Positions 1 through 8,523 of a stretch of 44,572 nucleotides of DNA are shown here, piece after piece. Source of the DNA: Saprospiraceae bacterium (GTDB taxonomy: Bacteria > Bacteroidota > Bacteroidia > Chitinophagales > Saprospiraceae); assembly GCA_020630895.1 (NCBI GenBank), contig JAHDII010000002.1:1-44572 (forward strand). The letters are read 5' to 3'. The position numbers and the translations under genes were made by a program. Under the pieces are notes generated by a model. It saw only the letters and a list, made by a program, of their open reading frames with translations. It did not search any database and had not been told where the DNA came from. Position 1 is the first letter of the stretch, and every line of letters begins with the position of its first letter.

Positions 1-2
1 CC

Positions 3-407
3 AATATTCCTTCTTCAGATATTAAAGAAAACGATACTAAATCAAATTATAATATTGAAGGAATAATTCGCGATACAACAAAAATAGAATTAGCAAAAAA
101 AATATTTTCTCATTATGATGAACATAAAAAAATATCTATAGTTCCTTCTGAAATATTTCATGATACTATATTAAGAAAAATAGAATTCTGGGCTGAAGAA
201 GATACTCTTTTTGGACAGATAGAATTTTTTGAACCTATAGATAAAGGAGAATATATTATTGTAACTTCTATCAATCATAAAAACAACGAATGCCATGTTT
301 GTACGCCTATTTTATTTGCAGGAATGATACAAGAATCTGAAAAAGGATGGCTTTTATCTAACTATGAATATTTTACAGCTACAGGAATTTATGGCTCAAG
401 GTTTTGA
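3..407 (+). CDS. hypothetical protein fragment (5' end outside window); possibly the N-terminal part of a frameshifted gene continuing in 364..771
   Basis: My own frame-3 translation from nt 3 is open for 134 codons, ending ...ECHVCTPILFAGMIQESEKGWLLSNYEYFTATGIYGSRF then TGA at 405-407. It is absent from the ORF track because no start codon lies in the window. Confidence 0.45.
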   Translation, partial: NIPSSDIKENDTKSNYNIEGIIRDTTKIELAKKIFSHYDEHKKISIVPSEIFHDTILRKIEFWAEEDTLFGQIEFFEPIDKGEYIIVTSINHKNNECHVCTPILFAGMIQESEKGWLLSNYEYFTATGIYGSRF

Positions 408-771
408 AATTGATAATATTGGTCTTAATAAATATGCTCTTGTTGCTCTTAATGCAGATATGCACATGGGAGAATCCATTGAATTTAATTCTTATTATGC
501 TATTGAAAAAAAATACCCTAATATTTTTTCTTCTATTGTGTATCATGATAATAATGGAGATTGTAATTTTGATGGTGAAATGGAAGAACTTCCTCCTTGC
601 TATGAAAATAATACAGAAATACATTTTTTACAAGGAGAAGATCCTGTTTACTTCGATATCAAAACTCATACTACAGGTACTACTTGGGATTATGATAATA
701 AAAAAATAATAGATTTAGATGAGTATACAACGTATCAGTTTCAGAATGGAAAATATATAGAAAAGAAATAA
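364..771 (+). CDS. hypothetical protein (or C-terminal part of a frameshifted gene)
   Basis: 135-aa ORF in frame 1 that overlaps the end of the frame-3 reading by 44 nt. I recognised no family. Confidence 0.45.
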   Translation: MNILQLQEFMAQGFEIDNIGLNKYALVALNADMHMGESIEFNSYYAIEKKYPNIFSSIVYHDNNGDCNFDGEMEELPPCYENNTEIHFLQGEDPVYFDIKTHTTGTTWDYDNKKIIDLDEYTTYQFQNGKYIEKK

Positions 772-788
772 ATTTTATTTTCTAATTT

Positions 789-1376
789 TTATGCTATTTC
801 ATTTTTCACACAAATCGTTTTTGCAATTCTATCATACAAAGTTTGACGCGTCATACCTTCAAAAATAAAACAAATGGCAATAAAATAAGCTAATGAAGCT
901 ACTATTTGAGCAAGTGAGAGCATAGGAGGTATTTTCTTATCAATTTTTTCTGTATAAGCTGTATACGATTCCCAATCAAAAACCTGCATCATTAGATTCA
1001 CATCAAAAGTATAATAGATACTTATAGCACTTATCAATAATCCAGGCCAACCAAAAATATATCGTATTAATGCTGTTGAAATATCCATCTTTGTTGTTGG
1101 AGCATTCAATTTCATTATTTTAAACCCTAAAGCTTTTTTCCCTAATGTATAGCCGAATATTCCTTCCATTAAAACTTTATAAACAGGGAAAATCAAAGTA
1201 GTTATGAGCTCAATTATAGGACTATATAAACGAGTTAAATTGATATAAGTCAGAAATATAATTATAAAAAAGAGAAGAAAAGAATCTAATATTGCTGCTC
1301 CAAACCTTGCTCCTAAACTTGCATATTGATATTCTTGATCAGCAATAATATAATCATCTAATATCGTATTATTCAT
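789..1376 (-). CDS. RDD family membrane protein
   Basis: N-terminal YASLGARFGAAILDSFLLFFI and C-terminal TLYDRIAKTICV match the RDD-family pattern. Several hydrophobic helices are present. Confidence 0.65.
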   Translation of the reverse strand: MNNTILDDYIIADQEYQYASLGARFGAAILDSFLLFFIIIFLTYINLTRLYSPIIELITTLIFPVYKVLMEGIFGYTLGKKALGFKIMKLNAPTTKMDISTALIRYIFGWPGLLISAISIYYTFDVNLMMQVFDWESYTAYTEKIDKKIPPMLSLAQIVASLAYFIAICFIFEGMTRQTLYDRIAKTICVKNEIA

Positions 1377-1693
1377 TTGTCAGATAATGTTGTTATATTT
1401 TTTAAGATGGTAATATACAAATTAATTCCACTTTTGACAAATAGGTTACCTTTAAAGACCAATCTATTTTCTATTTTTGTAATAGACTTTATCACAAATT
1501 GTTTGTTATGTAAGACAAATTAGAAGTTTTGGAAATATACAAGGCATTTCTTGAAAAGCGTAGCCATAGCTACGGTTGAGAGAAATAACAGTTTACCACG
1601 CATTTAGCGTGGAAGTAGATTTTCAAAAGATCAATTTGGCTATAATCAATAATTCGAGATAAAGTCTAATAAACATAATTAAACCAGATTATC

Positions 1694-4600
1694 ATGAATA
1701 AATTAATCTATTCTTTTGTATTACTTTGCTTAGGAATTAGTTTTTCCTCAAACGCTCAAATATTAGAACACCATTTAGGAGAATTTTTAATCAAAACACA
1801 ACATCCTATTGAAAAAGTAATGGTATCTCATCAATATTTTGAAGGAGAAAGAACATCACTTGAGCTCAAAAGAAAAGTAGCACCCGTTTTTAATATTTAT
1901 CTAGTTCAATTTGATCATGGAACCATTCATGAAGATCGATTTTTAAAAGAACTAAAAAAGAATCCTTTAATAGAGGTAGTTCAATACAATCATATTATAT
2001 CTTATCGTGCCACACCTAATGATACTCAATTTGCAGATCAATGGCAATATATTAATACAGGACAATCAGGAGGAACAGCAGGAGCAGATATTGATGCAGA
2101 TCTTGCTTGGGATATTACGACTGGAGGTGTTACAGCTTTAGGGGATACTATTGTAGCGGCTATTATTGATGATGGTTTAGATTGGACGCACAGTGATTTT
2201 GGTGATAATATTTGGGTGAATTATGCAGAAATTCCTAATAATGGAATTGATGATGATAATAATGGATATGTAGATGATTATCAAGGATGGAATGCCTATA
2301 ATAATAATGATAATATTACAGGAGGTTGGCATGGCTCACCAGTTGCTGGAATTGTAGGAGCACAAGGAAATAATAATAATGGAGTAGCTGGAGTGAATTG
2401 GGATGTTAAATTAATGATTATCCAAGGAGGAGGAGGAGAAGCTGATGCTTTAGCTGCTTATGCTTATTGTTATACTCAGAGAAAAAGATATAATGAAACA
2501 GCAGGAGCAGAAGGAGCATTTGTTGTAACAACTAATGCTTCTTGGGGTGTTGATTTTGGGCAACCAGCAGATGCGCCTCTTTGGTGTTCTTTTTATGATA
2601 CTTTAGGAATGCAAGGAATTATGAGTTGTGGTGCTACCATTAATGGGGATCAAAATGTAGATGTTGTTGGTGATTTGCCTACTGCTTGTCCTAGTGATTG
2701 GCTCATTTCTGTTACAAATATGAATGACAATGATGTTAAAGTGACTCAAGCAGGGTATGGAGCTACAACTATTGATTTAGGAGCTTTTGGTGCTGATACT
2801 TGGACTATTGCTCAAGGAAATTCTTATGGAGGTTTTGGTGGAACTTCTGGTGCAACGCCCCATGTTACTGGAACGGTAGCCCTGATGTATTCTGTTCCTT
2901 GTCCTAGTTTTGCCGCTTTTGCTAAAGCAGACCCTGCTGCCGCAGCTTTACTAACAAAACAATATATTTTAGATGGAGTAGATCCTAATGCTAGCTTAGA
3001 CGGTATTACCGTTACAGGAGGAAGATTAAATGTATTTAATGCAGTAAATGCTATGATGACTAATTGTGATCCTAATGGTTGTTTTACTCCTTATTCTTTA
3101 CAAGTTGAAAATGTTTTAGATGTTTCAGCTGATTTGGTTTGGAGTGTAGGAGATGATACAGACCAATCGGATATTAGATATAGAGAAGTAGGAACGATGA
3201 CATGGACCGATCTTCCTAATATTACTTCGCCACATTCTCTAACAGGTTTAACTCCTTGTACAGAATATGAATTTCAAGCTTTAGCTATTTGTGATGGTGT
3301 TGCTACAGATTGGTCAAATCCTATTACTTTTCAAACAGATGGATGTTGTGAACCTCCTTCAGAATTGACAATAGATAATATTACAGATAATTCAGCAACA
3401 ATCAATTGGTCTTCTGTATTAGCTGCTGAAAGTTATGATATTCAATATAAAGAAACATCTTCTGCAATGTGGATGAATGCCAATGTTGTAGGAACTACTT
3501 TTTCTTTAACAAATTTATCTCCTTGTACTTCTTATGAAGTTCAAATACAAACCAATTGTGCTGGAGGTGTTAATACTGGTTTTACCTCTAGTTATACTTT
3601 TTCCACTTCAGGTTGTGGTGCTTGTGTTGATGGCAACTATTGTCCTTCTATTGGAGGAGATTCTTCTTTAGAATGGATTGAATCTGTGAGTTTAAATACT
3701 ATTAATAATACTTCTGGAAATGACGACGGTTATGCTAATTATACTAATTTTTCTACAGATTTAGAAGTAGATATGACTTATGACATCACTCTTGAACCTG
3801 GTTTTGATGGCTACCCTTATGATGAATATTTTATGGTATGGATTGATTATAATCAAGATGGTGATTTTGATGATGCAGATGAAGTAGTTTATGATCCAGG
3901 AAATACAACTCAAAATGCTATTACAGGTAACTTCACTGTTCCTACAGATGCTCTTGCGGGTCCTACCAGAATGAGAGTGACTATGAGATGGAATGAAACA
4001 CCTACTTCTTGTCAACAAACTTTTGATTATGGTGAAGTAGAAGATTATTGTGTCAATATTATTAATAATAATAACCCAGATTGTCCTACTCCTTCAAATA
4101 TTACATCACAATTATTAGTAGATAATACCATACAAGTGAATTGGGATGAGGTGGCTAATGGTATTGGTTATGAGGTTCGATATAGAGAAATAACTGCAAT
4201 AATTTGGGAAGGAGATGTAGTTTCTACTCCTGTTATTTTAATTCCTAATTTAGAGGAATGCAAAGAGTTTGAAATTCAAATTAAAACAATATGTGCGATT
4301 GGAACATCTATATTTTCTCCAGTATTTAATTTTTCTAGTTACTGTCCTCCTTCTTGTGATCCTCCAACTAATATTTCTACTTCAAATATTATGGATACAA
4401 CAGTAGATATTTCTTGGGATGCAATGGCAAATGCTTCTAGTTATGATGTTGAATATAGAATCGTAGGAGGAACGTGGTCAATGACAAGTTCTGCTTCAGA
4501 AAATATTACATTGAATAATTTAGATGATTGTAATGATTATGAATTTAAAGTAAGAACCAATTGTGATGGAAATTCTTCTGATTTTTCTTCCAATCAAAAT

Positions 4601-4891
4601 TTTACTACTACTTGTACAAGTAGCAATAATAATATTCAAGAAATTCCATTTAAAATATATCCTAATCCTGTTTCGGATGAATTAATAATTGAAATAGATA
4701 ATATTTTAAATACAGAAATTCAATTTCAATTATCAGATATTAGTGGAAAAATTATTCAAAGAGGAAATATTACTCAACAAAATTTTGTAATAGATATGTC
4801 TTCTCTTCCTTCAAGTATTTATTTTATTCAATTGAGAAGTGAAGAAAAAACAAGTATTCAAAAAATAATTAAATTAAAATTTATTTTTTAA
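1694..4891 (+). CDS. secreted subtilisin-like (S8) serine protease with multiple FN3-like domains, a GEVED domain and a T9SS C-terminal sorting domain
   Basis: Signal peptide is present. Catalytic triad contexts are AIIDDGLD (Asp), HGSPVAGIV (His) and GGTSGATPHVTG (Ser). FN3-like modules recur with paired Cys. FDYGEVEDYCV is the GEVED motif. The C-terminus KIYPNPVSDELIIE...IYFIQL is a T9SS CTD. Confidence 0.9.
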   Translation: MNKLIYSFVLLCLGISFSSNAQILEHHLGEFLIKTQHPIEKVMVSHQYFEGERTSLELKRKVAPVFNIYLVQFDHGTIHEDRFLKELKKNPLIEVVQYNHIISYRATPNDTQFADQWQYINTGQSGGTAGADIDADLAWDITTGGVTALGDTIVAAIIDDGLDWTHSDFGDNIWVNYAEIPNNGIDDDNNGYVDDYQGWNAYNNNDNITGGWHGSPVAGIVGAQGNNNNGVAGVNWDVKLMIIQGGGGEADALAAYAYCYTQRKRYNETAGAEGAFVVTTNASWGVDFGQPADAPLWCSFYDTLGMQGIMSCGATINGDQNVDVVGDLPTACPSDWLISVTNMNDNDVKVTQAGYGATTIDLGAFGADTWTIAQGNSYGGFGGTSGATPHVTGTVALMYSVPCPSFAAFAKADPAAAALLTKQYILDGVDPNASLDGITVTGGRLNVFNAVNAMMTNCDPNGCFTPYSLQVENVLDVSADLVWSVGDDTDQSDIRYREVGTMTWTDLPNITSPHSLTGLTPCTEYEFQALAICDGVATDWSNPITFQTDGCCEPPSELTIDNITDNSATINWSSVLAAESYDIQYKETSSAMWMNANVVGTTFSLTNLSPCTSYEVQIQTNCAGGVNTGFTSSYTFSTSGCGACVDGNYCPSIGGDSSLEWIESVSLNTINNTSGNDDGYANYTNFSTDLEVDMTYDITLEPGFDGYPYDEYFMVWIDYNQDGDFDDADEVVYDPGNTTQNAITGNFTVPTDALAGPTRMRVTMRWNETPTSCQQTFDYGEVEDYCVNIINNNNPDCPTPSNITSQLLVDNTIQVNWDEVANGIGYEVRYREITAIIWEGDVVSTPVILIPNLEECKEFEIQIKTICAIGTSIFSPVFNFSSYCPPSCDPPTNISTSNIMDTTVDISWDAMANASSYDVEYRIVGGTWSMTSSASENITLNNLDDCNDYEFKVRTNCDGNSSDFSSNQNFTTTCTSSNNNIQEIPFKIYPNPVSDELIIEIDNILNTEIQFQLSDISGKIIQRGNITQQNFVIDMSSLPSSIYFIQLRSEEKTSIQKIIKLKFIF

Positions 4892-4895
4892 TTTT

Positions 4896-4932
4896 AAAAG
4901 GGATTTTAATTCAATTAAAATCCCTTTTTTTT
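4896..4932 (+). terminator. rho-independent terminator of the protease gene
   Basis: Perfect 15-bp stem aaaagggattttaat / attaaaatccctttt with a 3-nt loop, running into a T tract. Confidence 0.8.
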
Positions 4933-4943
4933 AATTTTTAATT

Positions 4944-5531
4944 TTGAAAAATTTATTTTCTTTTTCAATCATTATTATTATCCTTTTTTCTTCTTGTGAA
5001 TCTTTAATGTTAATGGTTCATAATGAAAAAGCAGCCACTATTATTAAAAAAGGTGACGAAGCATATATTAATGGGGTTCTTGGAAAAAAGTTTTATAAAA
5101 GATTTAAAAAATTTATAAAAGAAAATCCAGAAATAAAAACAATTGTTTTTGAAGAAGTTCCTGGTTCTATTAATGATGAATGGAATGTAAAATCTTGTGT
5201 ACTTTTACATCAATCAGGATTCAATACTCGATTAACATCCAATTCTATGATCGCATCTGGAGGAGTAGATTTATTTATTTCAGGGAATAAAAGATACATT
5301 GAAAAAGGAGCAAAAATTGGAGTACATTCTTGGAGTGATGGAAAAAAAGATGGAGCAGATTATCCTAGAGATGATGAAGGACATCAAATATTTTTTGATA
5401 TGTTTGAAAAAATAAATATGGATACTGCTTTTTATTGGTTCACATTAAGAGCGGCTCCTGCTGAATCTATCCATTTTATGACAGAAGAAGAAATTGAATT
5501 GTATCAATTAAAAAAAGACATTCAGAAGTAA
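4944..5531 (+). CDS. hypothetical lipoprotein, possibly ClpP/crotonase-fold periplasmic protein
   Basis: TTG start. Signal peptide with a lipobox-like LFSSC. The central region VFEEVPGSINDE...IASGGVDLFISG resembles periplasmic ClpP-class proteins, but the assignment is weak. Confidence 0.5.
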   Translation: MKNLFSFSIIIIILFSSCESLMLMVHNEKAATIIKKGDEAYINGVLGKKFYKRFKKFIKENPEIKTIVFEEVPGSINDEWNVKSCVLLHQSGFNTRLTSNSMIASGGVDLFISGNKRYIEKGAKIGVHSWSDGKKDGADYPRDDEGHQIFFDMFEKINMDTAFYWFTLRAAPAESIHFMTEEEIELYQLKKDIQK

Positions 5532-5534
5532 GGG

Positions 5535-6080
5535 TATAGATTTTTCCTAATAATCCCAATAAAGCTCTAATCAATACTCTTTTCTTTTTCATACTTTTAC
5601 ACTTCATTTTACTGTAGCGGACATAACGCTTTAACCATTTTCTATACTTAGTTCTTAATAATTTAGGGGCTCAAATGACGAGATAGTCTTTTTAATTGAG
5701 CATAAGACGATTCTACACTTTCCCATAAAAGTTTGACATTGGTAGGATAACGGATAGAGGATTCATCACAAGTCGCATCACAAGTGATGCTATTTAGATT
5801 TTCCAATATGTTATTAATTCATCTTGCAATTTTTCAACATCTAATTTTTTTGCAATTTCAGAATGTATTTCACTTACTATTTTGTAACTCGATATTCTTT
5901 GGGATGGTGGAATGTATATCTTGAGAGAAAAAGAACTATTCGGTCCTTTTTTATAATCTTTAAGCCTTAGAGCGGATACCAATTTTTGACAAGGAACAGA
6001 TTGGTAAATCTTGCCTAAATCGCTAGACGAAAAAGATAATAATTGTTTGATTTTTAGATAATTAGGTTGATGTTGGATGC
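5535..6080 (-). pseudogene. degraded, 3'-truncated IS4/IS5-superfamily DDE transposase (DUF772-type N-terminus)
   Basis: Three out-of-frame minus-strand segments read FSSSDLGKIYQSVPCQKLVSALRLKDYKKGPNSSFS, then ITCDATCDESSIRYPTNVKLLWESVESSYAQLKRLS, then KRYVRYSKMKCKSMKKKRVLIRALLGLLGKIY. These are typical N-terminal and first-Asp regions of this transposase type. Stops and frameshifts lie between them. Only about the first third of a full-length gene remains, and it abuts the stop of 4944..5531. Confidence 0.75.
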
Positions 6081-6100
6081 TTCTAGATACTCTGAGGTAC

Positions 6101-6223
6101 AAAAAAATCCGCCGAACAAAATTACTCATTCGGCGGAACATCTAAAGGAATCAAAAATTGCTAAATACACGTATAAAAACTGGATTAAAAACGTATTATT
6201 TTTAAAGAACTTTCGCTCTTCTA
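6101..6223 (-). ncRNA. putative small RNA, unit 1 (approximate ends)
   Basis: Promoter-like box at 6229-6258, then 5' hairpin AAGAGCGAAAGUUCUU, then terminator hairpin 6108-6137 followed by U7 on the minus strand. Confidence 0.35.
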
Positions 6224-6228
6224 TTTAT

Positions 6229-6258
6229 CTAGTACAAATAGTTGTCAAAAGGTTGCAT
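6229..6258 (-). promoter_or_regulatory. ECF-type promoter-like box, repeat unit 1
   Basis: Minus strand reads ATGCAACCTTTT-N11-GTACTAG, followed by ATAA. Confidence 0.45.
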
Positions 6259-6275
6259 TCCGTTTAAAATTTTTT

Positions 6276-6398
6276 AGAAATCCGCCGAATAAAAGGTCTC
6301 TTATTCGGCGGAACATCTAAAGGAATCAAAAATTGCTAAATACACGTATAAAAACTGGATTAAAAACGTATTATTTTTAAAGAACTTTCGCTCTTCTA
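6276..6398 (-). ncRNA. putative small RNA, unit 2 (approximate ends)
   Basis: Promoter-like box at 6404-6433, 5' GAAA-tetraloop hairpin (6380-6395), terminator hairpin 6281-6312 followed by UUUCU. Confidence 0.3.
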
Positions 6399-6403
6399 TT
6401 TAT

Positions 6404-6433
6404 CTAGTACAAATAGTTGTCAAAAGGTTGCAT
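6404..6433 (-). promoter_or_regulatory. ECF-type promoter-like box, repeat unit 2
   Basis: Minus strand reads ATGCAACCTTTT-N11-GTACTAG, followed by ATAA. Confidence 0.45.
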
Positions 6434-6450
6434 TCCGTTTAAAATTTTTT

Positions 6451-6575
6451 AGAAATCCGCCGAATAAAAGGTCTCTTATTCGGCGGAACATCTAAAGGAA
6501 TCAAAAATTGCTAAATACACGTATTAAAAACTGGATTAAAAACGTATTTTTTTTAAAGAGTCTTTTACTCTTATA
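6451..6575 (-). ncRNA. putative small RNA, unit 3 (approximate ends); could also be the 3'UTR/terminator of 6637..8487
   Basis: Promoter-like box at 6581-6610, 5' hairpin with compensatory changes (6556-6572), terminator hairpin 6456-6487. Confidence 0.3.
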
Positions 6576-6580
6576 CTTAT

Positions 6581-6610
6581 CTAGTACAAATAGTTGCGAA
6601 AAGGTTGCAT
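6581..6610 (-). promoter_or_regulatory. ECF-type promoter-like box, repeat unit 3
   Basis: Minus strand reads ATGCAACCTTTT-N11-GTACTAG, followed by ATAA. The box is intact even though flanking sequence has diverged. Confidence 0.45.
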
Positions 6611-6636
6611 GGCTATAATTTTTTTTTGAAAAAGAA

Positions 6637-8487
6637 TTACAATTTTATAATTTTCTCTCTATAAAATAAACCGTTTTCTTTATTTGAAATCACTATAAAA
6701 TATATTCCTGATGTATAATGACCTATATTTATAGCCCCTCTATTATTTGTAATACTTTGATTTGTAATTAATTGACCTCTCGTGTTATATAATTGGATAG
6801 ACATATTTGTTTGTAAATCACCAATTTCATAAGAAATTTCATCTTTAGAAATTGTAGGATATATGTGAACATCTTTGCTCAATACTTCATGAATAGATGT
6901 AGAAATACAATTGATTCCCTCAGCAGCAGATGTCCCATCAAAGCTCCAATTCTCATCTATATCTATACACATAAAATCTAATACAGTAGGCACAATATCA
7001 GTATTATGAGGCACTTGTGTATAATCTGAACAAGAATATATAGTGTTATCTATTTCCCAAGAAGCATTATTCATTAATGTTCCATTTTGAGAATAAGAAG
7101 ATAAATCATTAATTAAAGTTCCTGTTCCTTCATCTAATTTCCATAGTCCTACTAAATTAGAATAATTAGGATGAGATACATCTATATTTTTACAATTCCA
7201 TTCGTTTAAAGTTATATTTCTAAGATTTGTATCCCAAATTCTAATCTCACTAATCAATCCATTAAAACTAGAAGGATAATTAGTCGTTCCATCTTGACCA
7301 ATAATTAAAGGGAAATTAGAATCAGAATCCAAAATAAACCCGCTAGTATTGAATTCTTGAATATAACCATCTTGCCAAGTAAAACTAGCTCCTGTTCTAT
7401 CAACAGAAACTGCTATATGATGCCAAGCATTATCATTAATTGTACCTCCTTCTATATCCATTCTAGTTAATAAACCATCTCCCATATTAAATTTCCAAGA
7501 AGAACCATTCGTATTCCCTGCTATTATAAAACCAGAATTAAAACCAGAATCCCAATCTTTATTAGAAATGATAGGAGCATCACTTGACCAACCATTTGTT
7601 TTTAATTTTATTTCGACAGTAAAATTTTTTTCATTAAAATTATGTTGAGGAGCATCTGCTATTTCTATATAGCTATCATTTCCATCAAGATTGATGATAT
7701 TTGTCATATTGATATCAACAATTGTTTTTTCTATGACTTCATTATTGATTAAATTGCTAGAGGCTACATAAAAAATATCTTGGCATGCTGCTTCATTACA
7801 GCCATGTCCTGTTCCAATTCCGCCATGATCTGTACATAATATAATTAACCATTCTTCATTGGAATAATTAGGTCTATTTTCTAGAGCGGTCATTATTTGT
7901 CCAACATGATTATCTATGGTTTCAATAGCTTCTAAATATTCTAAATTTGAAGGACTAAAACCAGAGGAATGTCCTGCATGATCTACATCATCTAAATGGA
8001 TAAATGTAATATCTGGATCTTCATTATTTAATAAATTTATACATGCATCCCTTACCGCAGCATCTGAATCATAAGTTTCTAATGCATCTGTTTGAGTTAA
8101 TGGAGCAATTAATATATTAATAGGTGACCAATGAACAATAGATGCTGTATATAAATCAGGATTAGCAGATTTCACATATTGAAAAAAATGGGGATACTCA
8201 ATCAAATTATTAGGAATGAATACGTTGTCTCTTACACCATGTTTATCCATCCATACTCCCGTAAGTATTGTACTCCAACCTGGTCCACTATATGTAACAG
8301 GTAAAGTTTGTGCTTCATAACTAGTGATACCATTTGCTGCTAAGGCATCCATATTTGGAGTATTTGCTGCTATTGCAGCATCACCTCTAACGCCATCAAT
8401 ACCTATAATTAATGTTTTTCGATTGTTTTGAGCTGATAAAATAATTGTACTGGCTAAGAATAATAAAAGATGTATTAAAAATTTCAT
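6637..8487 (-). CDS. secreted type I phosphodiesterase/nucleotide pyrophosphatase (alkaline-phosphatase superfamily) with a LamG-like lectin domain and T9SS C-terminal domain
   Basis: Signal peptide is present. LIIGIDGVRGD, YSGPGWSTILTG, HLDDVDHAGH and LCTDHGG are metal/nucleophile motifs of the Phosphodiest family. The middle region (AWHHIAVSVDR...GLISEIRIWD) looks LamG-like. The C-terminus HIYPTISKDEISYE...GIYFIVIS is a T9SS CTD. Confidence 0.8.
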   Translation of the reverse strand: MKFLIHLLLFLASTIILSAQNNRKTLIIGIDGVRGDAAIAANTPNMDALAANGITSYEAQTLPVTYSGPGWSTILTGVWMDKHGVRDNVFIPNNLIEYPHFFQYVKSANPDLYTASIVHWSPINILIAPLTQTDALETYDSDAAVRDACINLLNNEDPDITFIHLDDVDHAGHSSGFSPSNLEYLEAIETIDNHVGQIMTALENRPNYSNEEWLIILCTDHGGIGTGHGCNEAACQDIFYVASSNLINNEVIEKTIVDINMTNIINLDGNDSYIEIADAPQHNFNEKNFTVEIKLKTNGWSSDAPIISNKDWDSGFNSGFIIAGNTNGSSWKFNMGDGLLTRMDIEGGTINDNAWHHIAVSVDRTGASFTWQDGYIQEFNTSGFILDSDSNFPLIIGQDGTTNYPSSFNGLISEIRIWDTNLRNITLNEWNCKNIDVSHPNYSNLVGLWKLDEGTGTLINDLSSYSQNGTLMNNASWEIDNTIYSCSDYTQVPHNTDIVPTVLDFMCIDIDENWSFDGTSAAEGINCISTSIHEVLSKDVHIYPTISKDEISYEIGDLQTNMSIQLYNTRGQLITNQSITNNRGAINIGHYTSGIYFIVISNKENGLFYREKIIKL

Positions 8488-8523
8488 TCTAGATTTTATT
8501 AAAGTTTAAGAAAAGGGGAAATT

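Larger units (their letters stand above)
6105..6630 (-). repeat. three tandem copies of a ~175-bp unit (173/175/~175 bp)
   Basis: Direct alignment: the TCCGCC hairpin starts at 6108, 6281 and 6456. Copies 1 and 2 are essentially identical outside the hairpin loop. Copy 3 carries several substitutions. Confidence 0.95.

Noticed and set aside
1541-1620. GC-rich hairpins upstream of the protease gene, considered as a tRNA or a known riboswitch
   Set aside because: There is no cloverleaf and no T-loop (GTTCGAATC-like) sequence. I could not match conserved cores of TPP, SAM, FMN, cobalamin, c-di-GMP, fluoride or preQ1 classes by eye. I kept it only as an unclassified structured element.
6211-6246. 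TTGACA-N15-TAAATA on the minus strand inside each unit, considered as a sigma-70 promoter
   Set aside because: The 15-nt spacer is off-optimal. Bacteroidota primary sigma uses TTTG/TAnnTTTG rather than this consensus. The TTGACA also falls inside the spacer of the better-supported bipartite box shared with the sigma gene.
6067-6267. 66-aa plus-strand ORF across repeat unit 1, and the first ~20 codons of the 5794..6141 minus-strand ORF
   Set aside because: The plus-strand ORF is not preserved in units 2 and 3, because a 2-nt loop-length difference shifts the frame into a stop. The N-terminus MFRRMSNFVRRI is simply the translated terminator hairpin.
6105-6630. The tandem repeats considered as a CRISPR array
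   Set aside because: The whole ~175-bp unit repeats head to tail with no unique spacers. The repeat is far longer than CRISPR repeats, and no cas genes are nearby.
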